From Psilocybe cubensis (taxonomy: Eukaryota), in NCBI GenBank assembly GCA_017499595.2, contig CM038999.1, positions 4,216,001 to 4,280,000 of the forward strand: 64,000 bases of DNA, in the 5' to 3' direction. This document shows, in pieces, positions 1-13,301 of this stretch; within the stretch, counting starts at the first letter, position 1; each line of letters opens with the position of its first letter. The notes beneath the pieces were generated by a model that was given only the letters and a program-made list of their open reading frames with translations, had not been told where the DNA came from and ran no database searches. Position numbers and translations under genes: made by a program.

Positions 1-2632
1 CGGCGGCATGTTCAACTTTCAAGCGCAACACACATCAGACGTGATCAGACAAGAAGTAAGTTAGTTTAGTTTAGTTTAGTGTGCAGCACAACACAACACA
101 CACGACGTCACGTCGAAACAGGAACCTGGAACACACGCACACAAAAACGAAGCCGAAAATCTGACATGAACACGATCAAAAATATCAAATTTAAAAGATC
201 GACCTGAACCATCACATTGCAAGTTGCACAGAAAATAGTGCTCTACTTCGGTCTTTGGACTCGCGAGGGTTCGAGAGTCGAGAGTCGGGATCGACGAGTA
301 GCGAGTGACGACGCGTTCAAGTTGCACGTTAAATCATGAATCATGAAGCATAAAGTCCGAGATCCCCGTGGGCACAAACTCCTCAAAGCGTCCTAGTGAC
401 GCCAGAGCACTCTGCCCAGTGCTCGCACCATTGCACACAATCTCCCAAACACAATCCATCACACAATCACTATCACTATCGCTATCACTGCACTGCACTG
501 CACAATAGACATCCCAACTCCAACTCCAACTCCAAACTCTGACAGCACGCACACGCAAACGACAACGCAAACGCCTCCCCCAAAATTCCAATTAAATTAG
601 TAAATTAATTCCCAACCCACGACGCGACTCGACTCAATCCAGCCCAATTCATCGTGTCACCCCTCCCCCCATCCTGCCGCTGTCGCTGTCGCATCCCACG
701 ACGCCTTGCAACGCTCGGCACACCCGACGCCGCCGCGCCACTGTCCCCACCCACGACACGGAGGATATAACTTGTAAGTACTTGCAAGGTATAAATGTAA
801 CATGATCTGTATTCGTATTCGTGTTCGTGTTCGTAGTCTAAATGACATGTGCGATATGACACTTGACACTTACATACCTACTTATCTATCCACCCGTCCA
901 CCGACGCACGGACAACGACAACACTTGAGACATGCACATAACACATACACCAAATCATTTAAATCTTGCCTCGAACGTGTTGGTGATGGGTAGACGTAAA
1001 CATATATGTATCGTAGTTGAAATTGTAGTCGTAGTTGTAGTTGTAGACACACCATCAACGAAGCGAAAACGAAGCGAAAATTGAGATGAAACTAGATGAG
1101 ATGAAATAGAACTAAACGTGAAAAGAAGATGAGAGGAGAGGAGAGAAAATGAGAAAATGAAGTACAAGACGAGAGGAGTAGAGAGTAGAGAGTAGAGAGT
1201 AGAGAGAGTAGAGAGTAGAAACGTCGCACCATACCATGACCATACCATGACCAACAAAAAAAAAAAGAAATAAGGTTTACAGTACACTCAACGAAGATAA
1301 AAAACGAAAATGAAAAAGATAAGAAAATGGAAAAAGAAAAAGAGGAAAAAAAGAATAACATAGAGTAAGCATCGAACAAACATTCCCCACCTCCATCCCG
1401 CTCCTCATCCTCACCCTCACCCTTATCCTCATCTCATCCTCATCCTCGTACCAACTTCCATTACACCATCGTCCGCTACCTCCTTTCTACCACACCCCAT
1501 CCTCATCATCCCCCCTTCCAACCTCCTCCACGATGCCCTCTCAACCCCGGCCCCAACCCCAACCCCAAACCCAACCTAAACCTCAAACGCCATCTCAACC
1601 TCCTCCACAACCACCCCACCCGACTCCGGTGCCACAACGCAATGTACATGCACATTGGCCTCCATATGCTCTATTGCTCCGTGTGATACGCAATACGCAA
1701 TATGCTATATCGAGCTTGAGCGCGAGATGTAGGTGGGCCGTACGTCGTATGTCGTACATCGCATGCCGTATGTCTTCCATACAGATCGACCAACCGAACG
1801 GGTCTGCGGGTGCACAGCAGAGTCGAAAGGCTATACAGTTGATCGGTGATCGCTGAACGAATCCTTGACGTCCAATCCTCGACTCCCGACTCCGGACTCT
1901 CGTCTCTCGACTCCCGACTCTCGATTCTCGATCCCATACACCACACCGCACCGCACCCTTCATCTCTATCACTACCACGCCCACCATTCCCACCACCAAT
2001 CCCATCCAACAATTAAACTAAAAACCACACAAATAAAAGCAAGCGGTCCATATCCACAAATCTGAAAGATGTAAAAGGCAGGGGTGAAACTTTCGACGGG
2101 AGGTGGAAAGGGGTGAGACGGGGGGTAGTGATGAGACGGGGGATAGTGTTGAGACGAGGGGTAATGGGCGACGACGAAGGACGAAGGGCGATAGGCGACG
2201 GGCGACGGGCGACGGTGAGAAAGTGATGCATAAAATGCATAAATGCGCGAAAAAAAGGGGGAGGAGGAGGCGTATACAATGTGAATAGCATAATTTGCGT
2301 TCGAGTTGAATTTCAATTTCGAGTTCAATTTCGAGTTCGAGTTCGAGTTCGAGTTGCGGATGAAGGAGGAAAGTTGATCGGATGGCATGGCAGATGTCGG
2401 AGAAGAAGAAGCAGGGAGGCGCAGGGACGTAAAATGTGACGTATATAAGGCGATGTGGCAAATGTGGGATAGCGTAGCGTAGAGGTGGAGGGTAGAAGTA
2501 GAGGACGAGCCACAAAATGCGAAATGCGAAATGCGACGTGAAAGAAAAACCAAACCAACGAACCAAAAAAAAAAAAAAAACAAGGATGAAGAAAAAAACG
2601 CGACTAATGTCGAAGGTCGAGGTTGAGGGGTG

Positions 2633-5566
2633 TCACAGGATCCCTGAATCTTTGAGCGCATTCTGCAATATCGTCTCTTTGACAGCCGCAAAGACAAGCC
2701 TAATATTCGTCGTATCCGTCGCCTGCGTCAAACTTCCCACACAAAAAACATCAATCAATCAACCCAAACCACCCAAAACAAACAAACAAAAAAAGAAGAG
2801 AAAACACTCACTGCGGATACACACTCAACCGCGCCCTATTCGCCTGCATAAACTTCCACAAAATATACTTGGCAGCCTTATTAATATCCGGGCCACCCGC
2901 ATACTCCGAGAAATACCGCTCAAGGGGCACTTTGGGGAGTTTGTTCTTGAAGACGTCGATTTTGTTCAGGAAGAGGATGATGGATGTGCGGAGGAACCAG
3001 CGCGAGTTTATGACGGATTCGAAGAGGACGAGGGATTCTTGCATGCGGTTCTATGAGTGGGGTTGGGTGGGTGAGTGAGGGGTGAGGGGGTTGGATGAAA
3101 GGATGAAAGCGCACCTGTGATCTCTCCTCCAATAACACCTGGTCGTACTCGCTCAGCGCCGTACAGAAAATTATACTCGTCACACTCTCAAAACAATGTA
3201 TCCACTTCTTCCTCTCCGACCGCTGTCCGCCGACGTCGAACATATGTATTCTGCATTGCGGGGTTCGAGAGCGTGTGAGTATGCATGTTCCCGATGAGAT
3301 AAACGGAAAACGGAAAACGGAAAACGAAGAAAGGAGTCACGAAAAAAACCCAACGTAAAGCAAGCCAGGCAGATAGGAGGCCCATCGAAACAAAAAAGGA
3401 AACCGATCAAACACGCCGCGGAAATAGCGCAGACTTAACCGTGACCTAAAAGTCTCCTAAACGTCTGTAGGAGAAGCCGGATTTGGAATCGGGGGCTCAT
3501 GATCATGCTCAAGCTCAAGCTCAAACTCGAACTCGAACACCATCGCCGCACCAAAAGTGAAAGTGAAAGTCGCAGCACAACCCAAACACCAAAGACCAGC
3601 TGCACACCAAACACCACCAACCCGACCCAAAACCCAAAAAAAGAACCGCCCCAACACGGCACGACACCACTTCACAAATAGACAAGTCACCGAACGAACC
3701 AGAACCAAAACCAAAACCAGAAACCAGAACAGAACCAGAACGAGAAACCAGGGAGATACAACCCCGGGCCCGGGTTACCGTCCAACCGCGTCTCAACCGT
3801 TTCTACCCGCCTGGGTGTCCTTCTGCCTGTCCTGCGCCGCCTGTCCTCTGCGCTGCCTGCATGTCCATCTAACATACGAACGAGCTAGCCAGCCTAGTAT
3901 CCAACCACCCACCAGGCAGGAAGGAAGGCAGATAGATAAATACCCCGCCCACTTGTCCTCGGACCCATGTCGTCATCGTCGTCATCGGTATGACACCTAC
4001 AACCTGACTCTGACTCCGACACCAGCGCGTTGCACATTGCGCGTTGTCGAGGGTCGTCGATAGGGTACGGAGCACGGAGTACAGGGGTAGGTTATACCGT
4101 ATACCGTAAAGCCGTGCAACCGTAAACCGTATACCCGTATACTGTAGTCGTAGTCGTAGTCGTAGTCGTAGGAGTCGGAGTAGCGGATGTATGCTGTACA
4201 TCATCCATCCATCCATCCATCCATCCATCCCTCTGTCCGTCTGTCCGTCCGTGTGGCCATTCGACGACCCATATCGAAACACCAAGAAAACAGAAAGGAA
4301 GAAAAGAAAAGAAATACGCCTCGAAAGCAAGGAAACGCGAAACGCAAGATAAAAAAAAACAGAAATGACCAAAAAAACAACAAAACCAAAAATCTCCAAA
4401 AAAGAAACCACAGAAAAAACGAAAGAAAAAACTCACGACAACTGCCCCATCGTAAACCTCGTCTCCGTGATACCCACACTCTTCTGGCGCGCTCTGAGCA
4501 CATCCGTCTCGTTGGGGAGATACCCCGGCGAGCCTATTCGTAGGACTTCGCTGAAAAAGCTGGATAATGCAATCTAACATCAGCCTCCGAGCGAGCGAGC
4601 GAACAAACAAAAGCGAACAAGGAAAAAGGAGGGGAAAGGGCAAGTGAAGAGAAAGCGAAAGCGAACGCGAACACGAACGAGCGAGCAACGGGGAAAAGAA
4701 ACCCAAAACGTACTAAGCAGCACTATCCATCAAATAAAAATCACTCGAATGCTCGTCCATAATCTTGGGTATAATGGGATCTTTCCAGAGCTGCGAGATC
4801 GCTTCTGCAATTTCCGTCGGGAAGTAAGGTTGCGTGCCCGCGGATGTGTCGAGCCGGAAGTCGAGGATTTTTTCGGCGAGGGCCTGGATGGATAGGGTGT
4901 GTGGTATGTCGATGTCGGTGTTTCGGTGGTGGTGTTGAGGTATGAGTATGAGTATGAGATTGACAGAGAGAGGAAGAGGAAGAGGAAGGAACAGCGACAG
5001 GGATATAAAGAGAGAAACAGAAAAAAACAAATCAGTTCCCATTCCATCGCCCCAAAAACGAAAAAAAAAAAAAAAAAAAAAAAAACAACAACACGCACCC
5101 GATTCGAAAACTCAACACACTCCATCCCAATCTTCTTCATATACACCACAACCTGCTGCGCCGAGTCAATCACATTCTTGTATATCACCGGACGGAACTC
5201 GGCGAGTTCGTGGGGCGCGAAACCGTCTTGGTGGATGATCTTCATTTGTTTGACGATGGTGGATTTTCCGGATTCGCCGGAGCCTGTTTGGGTGTGGGGT
5301 TGTGGGACGTTTGGAACGTTTGGAACGTTTGGAACGTTTTGCGTTCGTTGGAATGGGATGTATGTGGCACGAGGAGAGAAAAGAAAAAACGAAGCAATCA
5401 GCTCACAACCCAAACCCCCCCAAAACCCAAAGAAAACGAACAACGCACCTAACAACAAAATCTTACACTCCCTTTTAAACCTCTTCGAGTCCTCCTCGAG
5501 CTGGCGGTCGATCTCGTCAGAGTGTTCTTTGCCGGAGCGGTCGGCGGTGGATACGCAGCCGCCCAT
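2633..5566 (-). CDS. Heterotrimeric G-protein alpha subunit, fungal class III (cAMP-pathway type); 7 exons approx 5566-5449, 5283-5099, 4883-4714, 4559-4437, 3250-3115, 3050-2812, 2732-2633
   Basis: Spliced at GT-AG sites it gives the MGGC lipidation N-terminus, [15 protein letters not shown]-loop, DVLRAR..SVGI switch I, FDVGGQR, FLNKID, TQATDT and C-terminus LKDSGIL*. The intron at 4436-3251 is ~1.2 kb. Confidence 0.95.
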
Positions 5567-8500
5567 TGTTTTTGGTTGTTGGTTTTAGTTAGGGTTTTGA
5601 TTGGTGGTTTTGGTGGTGGGTGTTGGTGGGGGTGGGTGGGGGTGGGTGGTTGGTGGGGGTTGTTGGTTGTCGAGGTTTGTGCGTGGTGTGTTGATGGGTG
5701 GTAGTCGATAGTTGGTGTCGGTAGTGAGTCGGTGGTAGTTGGTGAGTCGGTGGCGGTGGTAGTCGTCGGTAGTCAGCGGTGGGTAGTGGTAGGACGTGTG
5801 TGTGTGTGTGCGTGGGGTGATGGTAGTGGATGATGGTAGTTGGTTCCGACGAAAATCGTGGGAGCCGCTCAAGCTCAAGCGAAACGAAGCTAAATAAGCG
5901 ACGTCTATCCCGTGTGCGTGCGCGCGCGTGTGTGTGTGGTGTGTGTTCCAATCCTCCTTCCCAAAGTAATCCAAACGTTTCCTATCCTATCCTTTCCTTT
6001 CCAATGAAATGCAATGCAATGCAAACGTATCACCCTACTCGTCTCCTAACCTGTCCTAACCTCGCACTCGTACTAAAATCGTGTCGTAGCGTGTCGTATC
6101 AAATCCAGATGCCAATCACCGCGTGCTCGCTCTCTCTCTCGCTGTTCCTTGACGATGATGGGAGGTTAAAGATGAAGATGAAGCAGATCGTTGATGGTTG
6201 ATGCAGACCTAGACTTGATGCAAGCAAGCGATGAGCGATGATCCTGCAACGTGCGTGGTATAGCGGTGCGGTGCGGTGTAGCTATGCCGTGTGGGGTGGG
6301 GTGGGTGGGGTGAGGTGAGGTGGTATCTATCGGTGTGGTATCGGTCGGTATCGAGAACGGTGTTGGGTACGGTATCGAGAGCGGTGTTGGGGTACGGTAT
6401 CGAAAACGGTGTCGGTATCGAGAAGGGTTTCAAGAACGGTATCCTATCCTATCCTATCCTATCCGTGTCGTACGTCGAGCGCAGATACTGTAAAACGTTA
6501 CGCCGTGGAAAAGCGGAGTGTCGTGCGTTGGCGTCGGCGTCGGTGCTGGAGTCGGTGTTGAGGTCGACGGTGGAGGGGTGGGCGGTATTGGAAGTGGTAG
6601 CAGTCAGAGAATCGAGTGCGGTATGGAAGAGCCGAGGAAAAAGACGGAAATTAAACCCAATGTGGATATGGACGTTGATGTTGATGTGGATGTAGGTAGG
6701 TGTGAATACAGATAGCAACGACGACGACGATGACGGAAAACGATGCTCAGACGGACAATGAAACGGAAAAGAAAAAGGAAAAGAAAAGAAAAGAAAAGGA
6801 GAACGGAAAGGGGAGACGGGAAAGGGTAAGGGAAAGGGGTGGTGCTTGTGGCGGGGGAAAGGGTTCGAAATGCAAGCTCAAGCTCAAGCTCAGACTCAAG
6901 CGCAAAGATGGAAGACCTCGGGTGTTGTAGAGGAGGAGGAGTAGTTGATAGCAGTAGCGTATGTAAGAGTTTGCGGAAAGGGTTCGCAGTCGGACAGGCA
7001 AAAGCCAGAAGATGGCGTGAGTGAGTGAAGAGGAGAGAATCAGTCGACGCTCCGATCGCACAGCTCACAGCTAGCTCGTTTCGTTCGCGGCGGTTCGTCA
7101 CACACACAGCGAAAAACCGCACGCGGCAATCACGGCTGATCGAACCAGCCCAGTCCGCTCATCAACGCCGCTCGTTCGGTTCGCCTGATCTCTGATGCCC
7201 TGTCCACTGTCCTGCCCTGATTGCCGACGCCGCACCGCGCACGTCTATTCGCATATTACGTAACCACGACGAATCGCCGTGTACACGTTTGTCAGATTAT
7301 GTTATGGCTGGCTTGCCTTGTTCCCCAAAGCGTGCGTTCCTTTCTTTTCTTTGCTTTTTTCTTTTTGGTTGCGCGTGAATTGGTGATGGTGATTTTGTGA
7401 TAGTATCACTATCGTACATATGTGTGCGACTTTGTACTCTTTCTGGTGCGTATGTGTGACTGCTAGTACTAGTTAACAACTTCACAACCCCCCACCGCCA
7501 CTCCAGTCTCCAGCCGCCTATTCTCCGACCCGACTCGGATGCTTCGAAGTTGGTCCCGCTCCTGTACATGTTATCCCATATGTATCGACGATCCTCCAAC
7601 GGTGCTACCTTGCAGCGTGTACTCAAGCTACTATCTCGTCTGAAAAAGTACCCCTACACTCCACTCTAAAGCACCAACGCTCGCCAAGTTCAAAGCACCA
7701 ACCTTCACCTGCCGCACATATATCCAAATGCGTCTACGAGGCTCCCGGTCCCGCTCGAGCCATCTACGTAGTAACTTGTCTGCATAACTTACCACTGAGC
7801 AACCGAATCGAATCCGTAACCCCGTTCCATCCTTGACTCCCTTGTCCTCGTTCTCGTTCTCGTTCTCGCTATCGTTGTTTTTCTTGTTGTTTTTCTTTTT
7901 CTTGGATACTGTCCCCTTTCAGCTGCCACCCATCGTTCCTCGTTCCTCGATTCGCTTATCCCTCGAATCAAAATTTAATACCATCAGGCCGTCCCATTGA
8001 CTGTAATATGTCTGCACAGTTTCTTGAAGCGGGATGAGGGATGCGGCGACGTTCGGTCTCCCGCGAACCGTGTGTGATTGTCAATGCGACAAGCTTGTCA
8101 CCGCTTGTCAACTGCACAATTCACAATGCACAATTCACATCTTGGAATTCACAGTCAAGCTTCAAGGTTCGCTTGCCTCTGATGCGCCCCGTTTCTTGCT
8201 CTTGCTCTTGCCTGGTGTCCTTTAGGTGTTAATTAAACCCCTCTCTACTGGGGCTACCCCTCTTACCCTTCCCCGCCCTGTCCTGACCCGCTCCGAGTGC
8301 GTCCGAGTCCGAGTCCGGCTTCACTGCAGTTCATTGCCCTCTCATTCTCATATCCAGACTTCTGTTAACTGAATGTACCAAATTAAAATAAACTCTAAAT
8401 CTGTATGTTTTAATTTCATCCACAGGTCAACTTCGAGAGTCAGCATTCTCTTCGTTTCCGCTTCGTCTCCGTCAAACCGGAATTCCGTCAATTTCGTTGT

Positions 8501-10271
8501 CTGATGTCGGTGTGTGGTCATTAATTAAACCGCTAGAATATCTGTAAGTAGTAAATACGATGAGCGAACAGCGAGCGGCGGAACGGCGTCTCTCTCTCTC
8601 TCTCTCCTCCCTCTTATACAATGGGATCATCGTACAGCACTACTGAAAGGCATCAGTATCATCGACAATAACATCCAACCCTATCAACTGGACCCACATC
8701 CACACATTCCCGTTCCCGTTCCCGTTTTCATTCCCTAAGAGCTGCAGAATCAACATATTGGTTCGCTCCAAGAATAAAACACATCTATACCCATACCCAT
8801 GCCTATGCCTATGCCTATGCCCACACTGTGCTTAAGCCATATCCATCCAAAATAAATCATTGCATTCTACAGCTCTATATATAATCCCAGCTGAGCCGAC
8901 ATATAATCAATCCTATTGCGTCATAAACTCAGTCAAATACAAATTTAAATTCAACCCGGACACGGACACCGTCTCTCGACTCGACCTATAAGTAAGCACT
9001 CGACAGGCGAACGTGCCACGCACATCGTGTACCGCGCACCACACCGTGACGCCGTGCAGACAAACTCGCTCGCAGCAATATTACCCAGCAAGGTTGTATC
9101 GTATCGCGGTTGTCGGTTGTCGGCTGTCGGTTGTCGGGTATCAGTGTCAGTGTCATGTCTGCTGTCACTGGCGATGGCGGTTGGTTTGAAGCACCCCCGA
9201 GGCTCGGTCTGACTCGTCGTAAGTGTTTGGGCATGGGCCATGCGACGCTGTCTGCTGTCTTCTAATCCGCTGTCTGCTGTCTGTGCTTATTTCTATTGAT
9301 ATAGATATAGATATTATCCAAGTATGACGTTTTGTGAAATTGAAGCTTGAAACTTGAAACTTAAAGGCTTTATACCACATTTTGAACAACTATCCGCATC
9401 CACACCCGGCGCATCTATGGTTGCAGTTGCTGCTTGGGCTGGGTCAGAGGTTGGCGACACATAGTACACTGCACACACCCCATTTATCTTTCCACACATA
9501 TTCTGTTCAACGTCCACAGATGAACCGGACTCGCTGGAATCGACTCGGAAGCTGATGTGGTTACAGTCCATCATCGCTTGATGCACATACGGGATCAAAA
9601 CATGGGTGGGCGCGGGTTGACGCGGGTTTGTGTTGTATACTTATCATTGATATCATTCCTTGTAGATGACATTTAGTGGCAGTGGCAGTGGCCGATATAC
9701 TAGTATTCTGGGAAACTCGAGAATGTGGTGATTGTAAAATTCGCCAAATGCTTCAAGCTTCATGCTTCAATCCTTAAGCAAATAAATACCAGTATACAAA
9801 TAATACAAATGATACGTTACCAGCACACCCTTTACTCAGTTTAATGTACAACATATCCGTCTCAAATGTCCAAACCAATTGCAACATACTATAACTTTAT
9901 TTGCTTATCTTTGTGTTCCTTCCGCCGTAAAGGAATGCAAGCCTTGACCCCTTGTAGAGATTTATTAAACCTTCCAAAGAATCCAACCTCGTCATTCATA
10001 AGAGACATTTGGGCTCGAGGTCTTGAATCGTCACTCTCATGCATTGGAAAACCTATTGCTTTCGCCCACATTGTTTCCTTCAAACCAAGTAAAACTGTTT
10101 GATCACCTCTGGCCCAACCAGACACTCTATCAGGCCGCTTTGGATATCGTCGAGTAAAGGCAGCATCAAAGTGTAGGGTCATTTCGAGTCGAACCGAGAC
10201 ATCAACGGGGGTTATTCCTAATGGTACACGGCACATCATCAGATGCTTTAATAATATGTTTTGCGTGTTTA

Positions 10272-11852
10272 CTAAAACGTACTGTTTATTGGAATATGAA
10301 GAGTCGCACTTGCCAATGTTGCTCGAGCAGCTGCTGGGTCAAAGAAGAATAACCCAGAGCGTGCCTCGTCAAAAAGAAAGTCCGAGAACGAAGCATGATA
10401 TATTCGCAGTGGCTCGTTTCGATCCTTGGAGACATAAATGACCGAATGCAAGTCGCAGAGAGCAATGTCCACCATCCCTGGCTGGAGAGAGTAAAAAATT
10501 TCAATCCCCGCTGCTGTCGGGGATACGAGGGTGTGGTTTACCAAAAATAATACGACCAAGATCTTGAACACATTTTCAAGGTTATCGACTCCTAGTAAGA
10601 TATGACGGTAAAGAGCGTCCAATGCGGCAAATGGGGCATCCGAAGAGGGGACTGTTTGTTCCAGGATATACGACAGTCTCATGGTGGGTGAATGCCGGCG
10701 TGATCCAACATATTTCATGACTGTGGATGCATAGATGAAATGGCCTCGTGCGTGCATCATGAGCGCGCTCATTTCCTCTTTAGACGGCCACTGTGATGGG
10801 ATGCTACTTCCAGCAGGATGATTGATTTTGATTTTCTGGAATTCTGACTGAAGAAATGATCTGATATCAATATCTGTATCGTCGGTGAAATTGTCCAGAT
10901 TGATGCGTTTGGTAAATGAAGACAAAGGTTCGTCATTGAACACTTCCCGAATGACTTGTTCAGGTCGACAGGAGACAAATACCGAGATTGGTATCGTGAG
11001 CTGGGTGATTAGGGAGAAAAGCAGGTTGAGTATATGCCTATGCTCCTCCGACGAGTCACATTCATCCAAACCATCGACGACGATTAGATATGGAGCTCTT
11101 GATCTCCATGCTGCACCTGTGACCTCGTCGAGTGCCGCGGAATTAATGGGGTTGATGATCAATAGCTGCATCTGAATATCCAGCGATAATGAGAATATGG
11201 AGGGATCATTGGCCACTGCGTCCAATACAATCTCTCGAGCTTCAGGGAATGACTTCATAAGTTGGTACGCAAGTGTAGCTATAAACGGGGTCTCGGAGTG
11301 CCGGTTCTGTACACCTCGTGAAAAGAAGAAGCTGGCCACCAAACTGCCCGATTTCCAACACAACTCTGAGAGCGTTTGCGCTATCGCCGATTTTCCTACT
11401 CCCGCAGAACCATACAGCCACATGATTTGTGCCCAGGCGTTCTTGTCTTTTAACCATGTTATGATGTCGTCAAGGATTGCTGTGCGTGTGTTTGCGTGGC
11501 ACTTTGGAGGATCAAACCGTTCAGCGGAGTTGTGAAGTGCTCCAGGTGTGATGTTTGAGCAAAATAGCTGCAATGCTGCACAGTGACTACCAGATACGGT
11601 ACACTGTGAGCATCGTGTGCTTACAAATGTCCCTCCGGTGATGACGATGTTGCATGCACTCTCGAAGGACATATGGAACGAATGTGGGGAAGTTGTAGCT
11701 GCTTTGATCGCCATACAGTTGGTTTTACAGGTCCCAGACGGCAGATTTGCGGGAGTTTTCTCATTGGGTCTGTCTGTATAGCAGTTGTAACTTCTCACGG
11801 TGGCGACGTAATAATCAAGCTGTGTTGGAAGGAAAGTTTTGCCATTGGACAT
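10272..11852 (-). CDS. Fungal NACHT (NLR/NWD2-like) P-loop NTPase; likely start at the MSFESAC Met (~11672), possibly spliced to a further exon near 10239-9889
   Basis: GALHNSAERFDPPKCHANTR N-terminal motif, Walker A GSAGVGKS, SFFFSR, Walker B IVVDGLDEC, SCRPE, GHFIYAST, LDALY, YHASFSDFL. Confidence 0.9.
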   Translation of the reverse strand: MSNGKTFLPTQLDYYVATVRSYNCYTDRPNEKTPANLPSGTCKTNCMAIKAATTSPHSFHMSFESACNIVITGGTFVSTRCSQCTVSGSHCAALQLFCSNITPGALHNSAERFDPPKCHANTRTAILDDIITWLKDKNAWAQIMWLYGSAGVGKSAIAQTLSELCWKSGSLVASFFFSRGVQNRHSETPFIATLAYQLMKSFPEAREIVLDAVANDPSIFSLSLDIQMQLLIINPINSAALDEVTGAAWRSRAPYLIVVDGLDECDSSEEHRHILNLLFSLITQLTIPISVFVSCRPEQVIREVFNDEPLSSFTKRINLDNFTDDTDIDIRSFLQSEFQKIKINHPAGSSIPSQWPSKEEMSALMMHARGHFIYASTVMKYVGSRRHSPTMRLSYILEQTVPSSDAPFAALDALYRHILLGVDNLENVFKILVVLFLVNHTLVSPTAAGIEIFYSLQPGMVDIALCDLHSVIYVSKDRNEPLRIYHASFSDFLFDEARSGLFFFDPAAARATLASATLHIPINSTF

Positions 11853-13301
11853 TTAAAGCACTGCACTGGTATACATAGCATTCTTTATCTTAGATATCGG
11901 AAAATCCGGGCAATCTTGTTGATGACGTGAAAACAATGCACGGGCCCTGGGGTTGAATGAGGAACAGTCATGTCCATGTTAATTGGTACACCTACATACC
12001 TTCTTTCCGTTGTTGAGTTGATAATCTCGCACTTCGAGGCTTCGAAGAGGGTGGTGCATTGGATAGAGGTGATGGTGATATTGTGTTTCGTAGAGACGGC
12101 ACATTTGAAGAGGATTTTGGGGTTGTAAAGGAGTGGTCCGGGGGGGATTTTAGTGTGATCTTTGGGGTGCTTTTTGTGCGATGGACTGAAGCAACATTTT
12201 AGAAGGCAGAGAAGGTTGATTCTTTGACAAGCCTTGACATCAATCATCATTGTGGGATAGAGTTCCAACCCGCAAAGGTAGATGAATTTCTACAATCCCA
12301 GGAAATATAATATGGAAATTACTGTCCGCAATGTATGCTGTGAAAATTGTGAACAACAATTGAATATATTAACCAAAATATCGTACCTGACATATCTTAG
12401 GATAATTAAAACTGAGTCTTCCACGTCTGTCGGGCTCGTGGAAAAGAAGTAAGCAATATTTTAGTCGTTCTATTAAGTTTGAGCAGGATTCCAGATCAAT
12501 TAATTTGATTGCTCCCAAGGTATATTTCATAGAAGGCTGCGTGTGAGCTTCGAAGGCGATGTATTACGCTGGTTGGGGGTAATGCTACGTTTTCTTTTCT
12601 TTTCTTTTCTTTTCGATGGACGTGATTGTGATTTCACAAAGCCAATAAAAGATCACTCACAGTTGCGGTTCAGTACTCAGTGCTTCAACTAATATGAGGC
12701 TGAAGGGTATTTTCAAAATGCTATTGCTATTGACCATGAAGTGTTTATATCCGACTCGAAGATGGTCGTTGAGGTGCTGATGCATATTTAGCATCACTTT
12801 TATCCTACTTGCATTCTTAAGATACATCGTGAAGGTTTGTAGCTGACCTGACGCCAATACTTACTTGACCTTGAAGTCCTTTTGCTTGTTTGTATTGCCA
12901 AATTTAGGTTACGGAATATCCTCTGTTAATTGTGGATGAAATCCATCAACATATCGCGTTATCTGATGCTATGTGGTCGAAGAAGTTTCACATATGATAG
13001 GGGCATGTTAAGTAGATGTCATTTTCGCCTAAACTCCAACACAGGCAATCAATTAACCATGTCGAGTCTACTCAAAATTCTAACTATCGTGCTAACTCTT
13101 GACAGAAAATTTCGTTCTTGACTGGTTGAGAGCCATATTCTTGCGTATGTCTGGGGTCACTTGTATATTCTGCCCATGATTCACCATCAAAGAGTGATGT
13201 TTCCCCAGGAATGATAGAATCACTTGTAATCTATTGATAACCTTATCGCTGTAATTTATAAAGGGGAGTTCTTCATCCGTCGTTTCAGCCTCATTGTTCC
13301 A

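Noticed and set aside
1-9700. Many short ORFs around the G-alpha gene
   Set aside because: Low-complexity translations of microsatellite-rich UTR, intron and intergenic DNA; no domain motifs.
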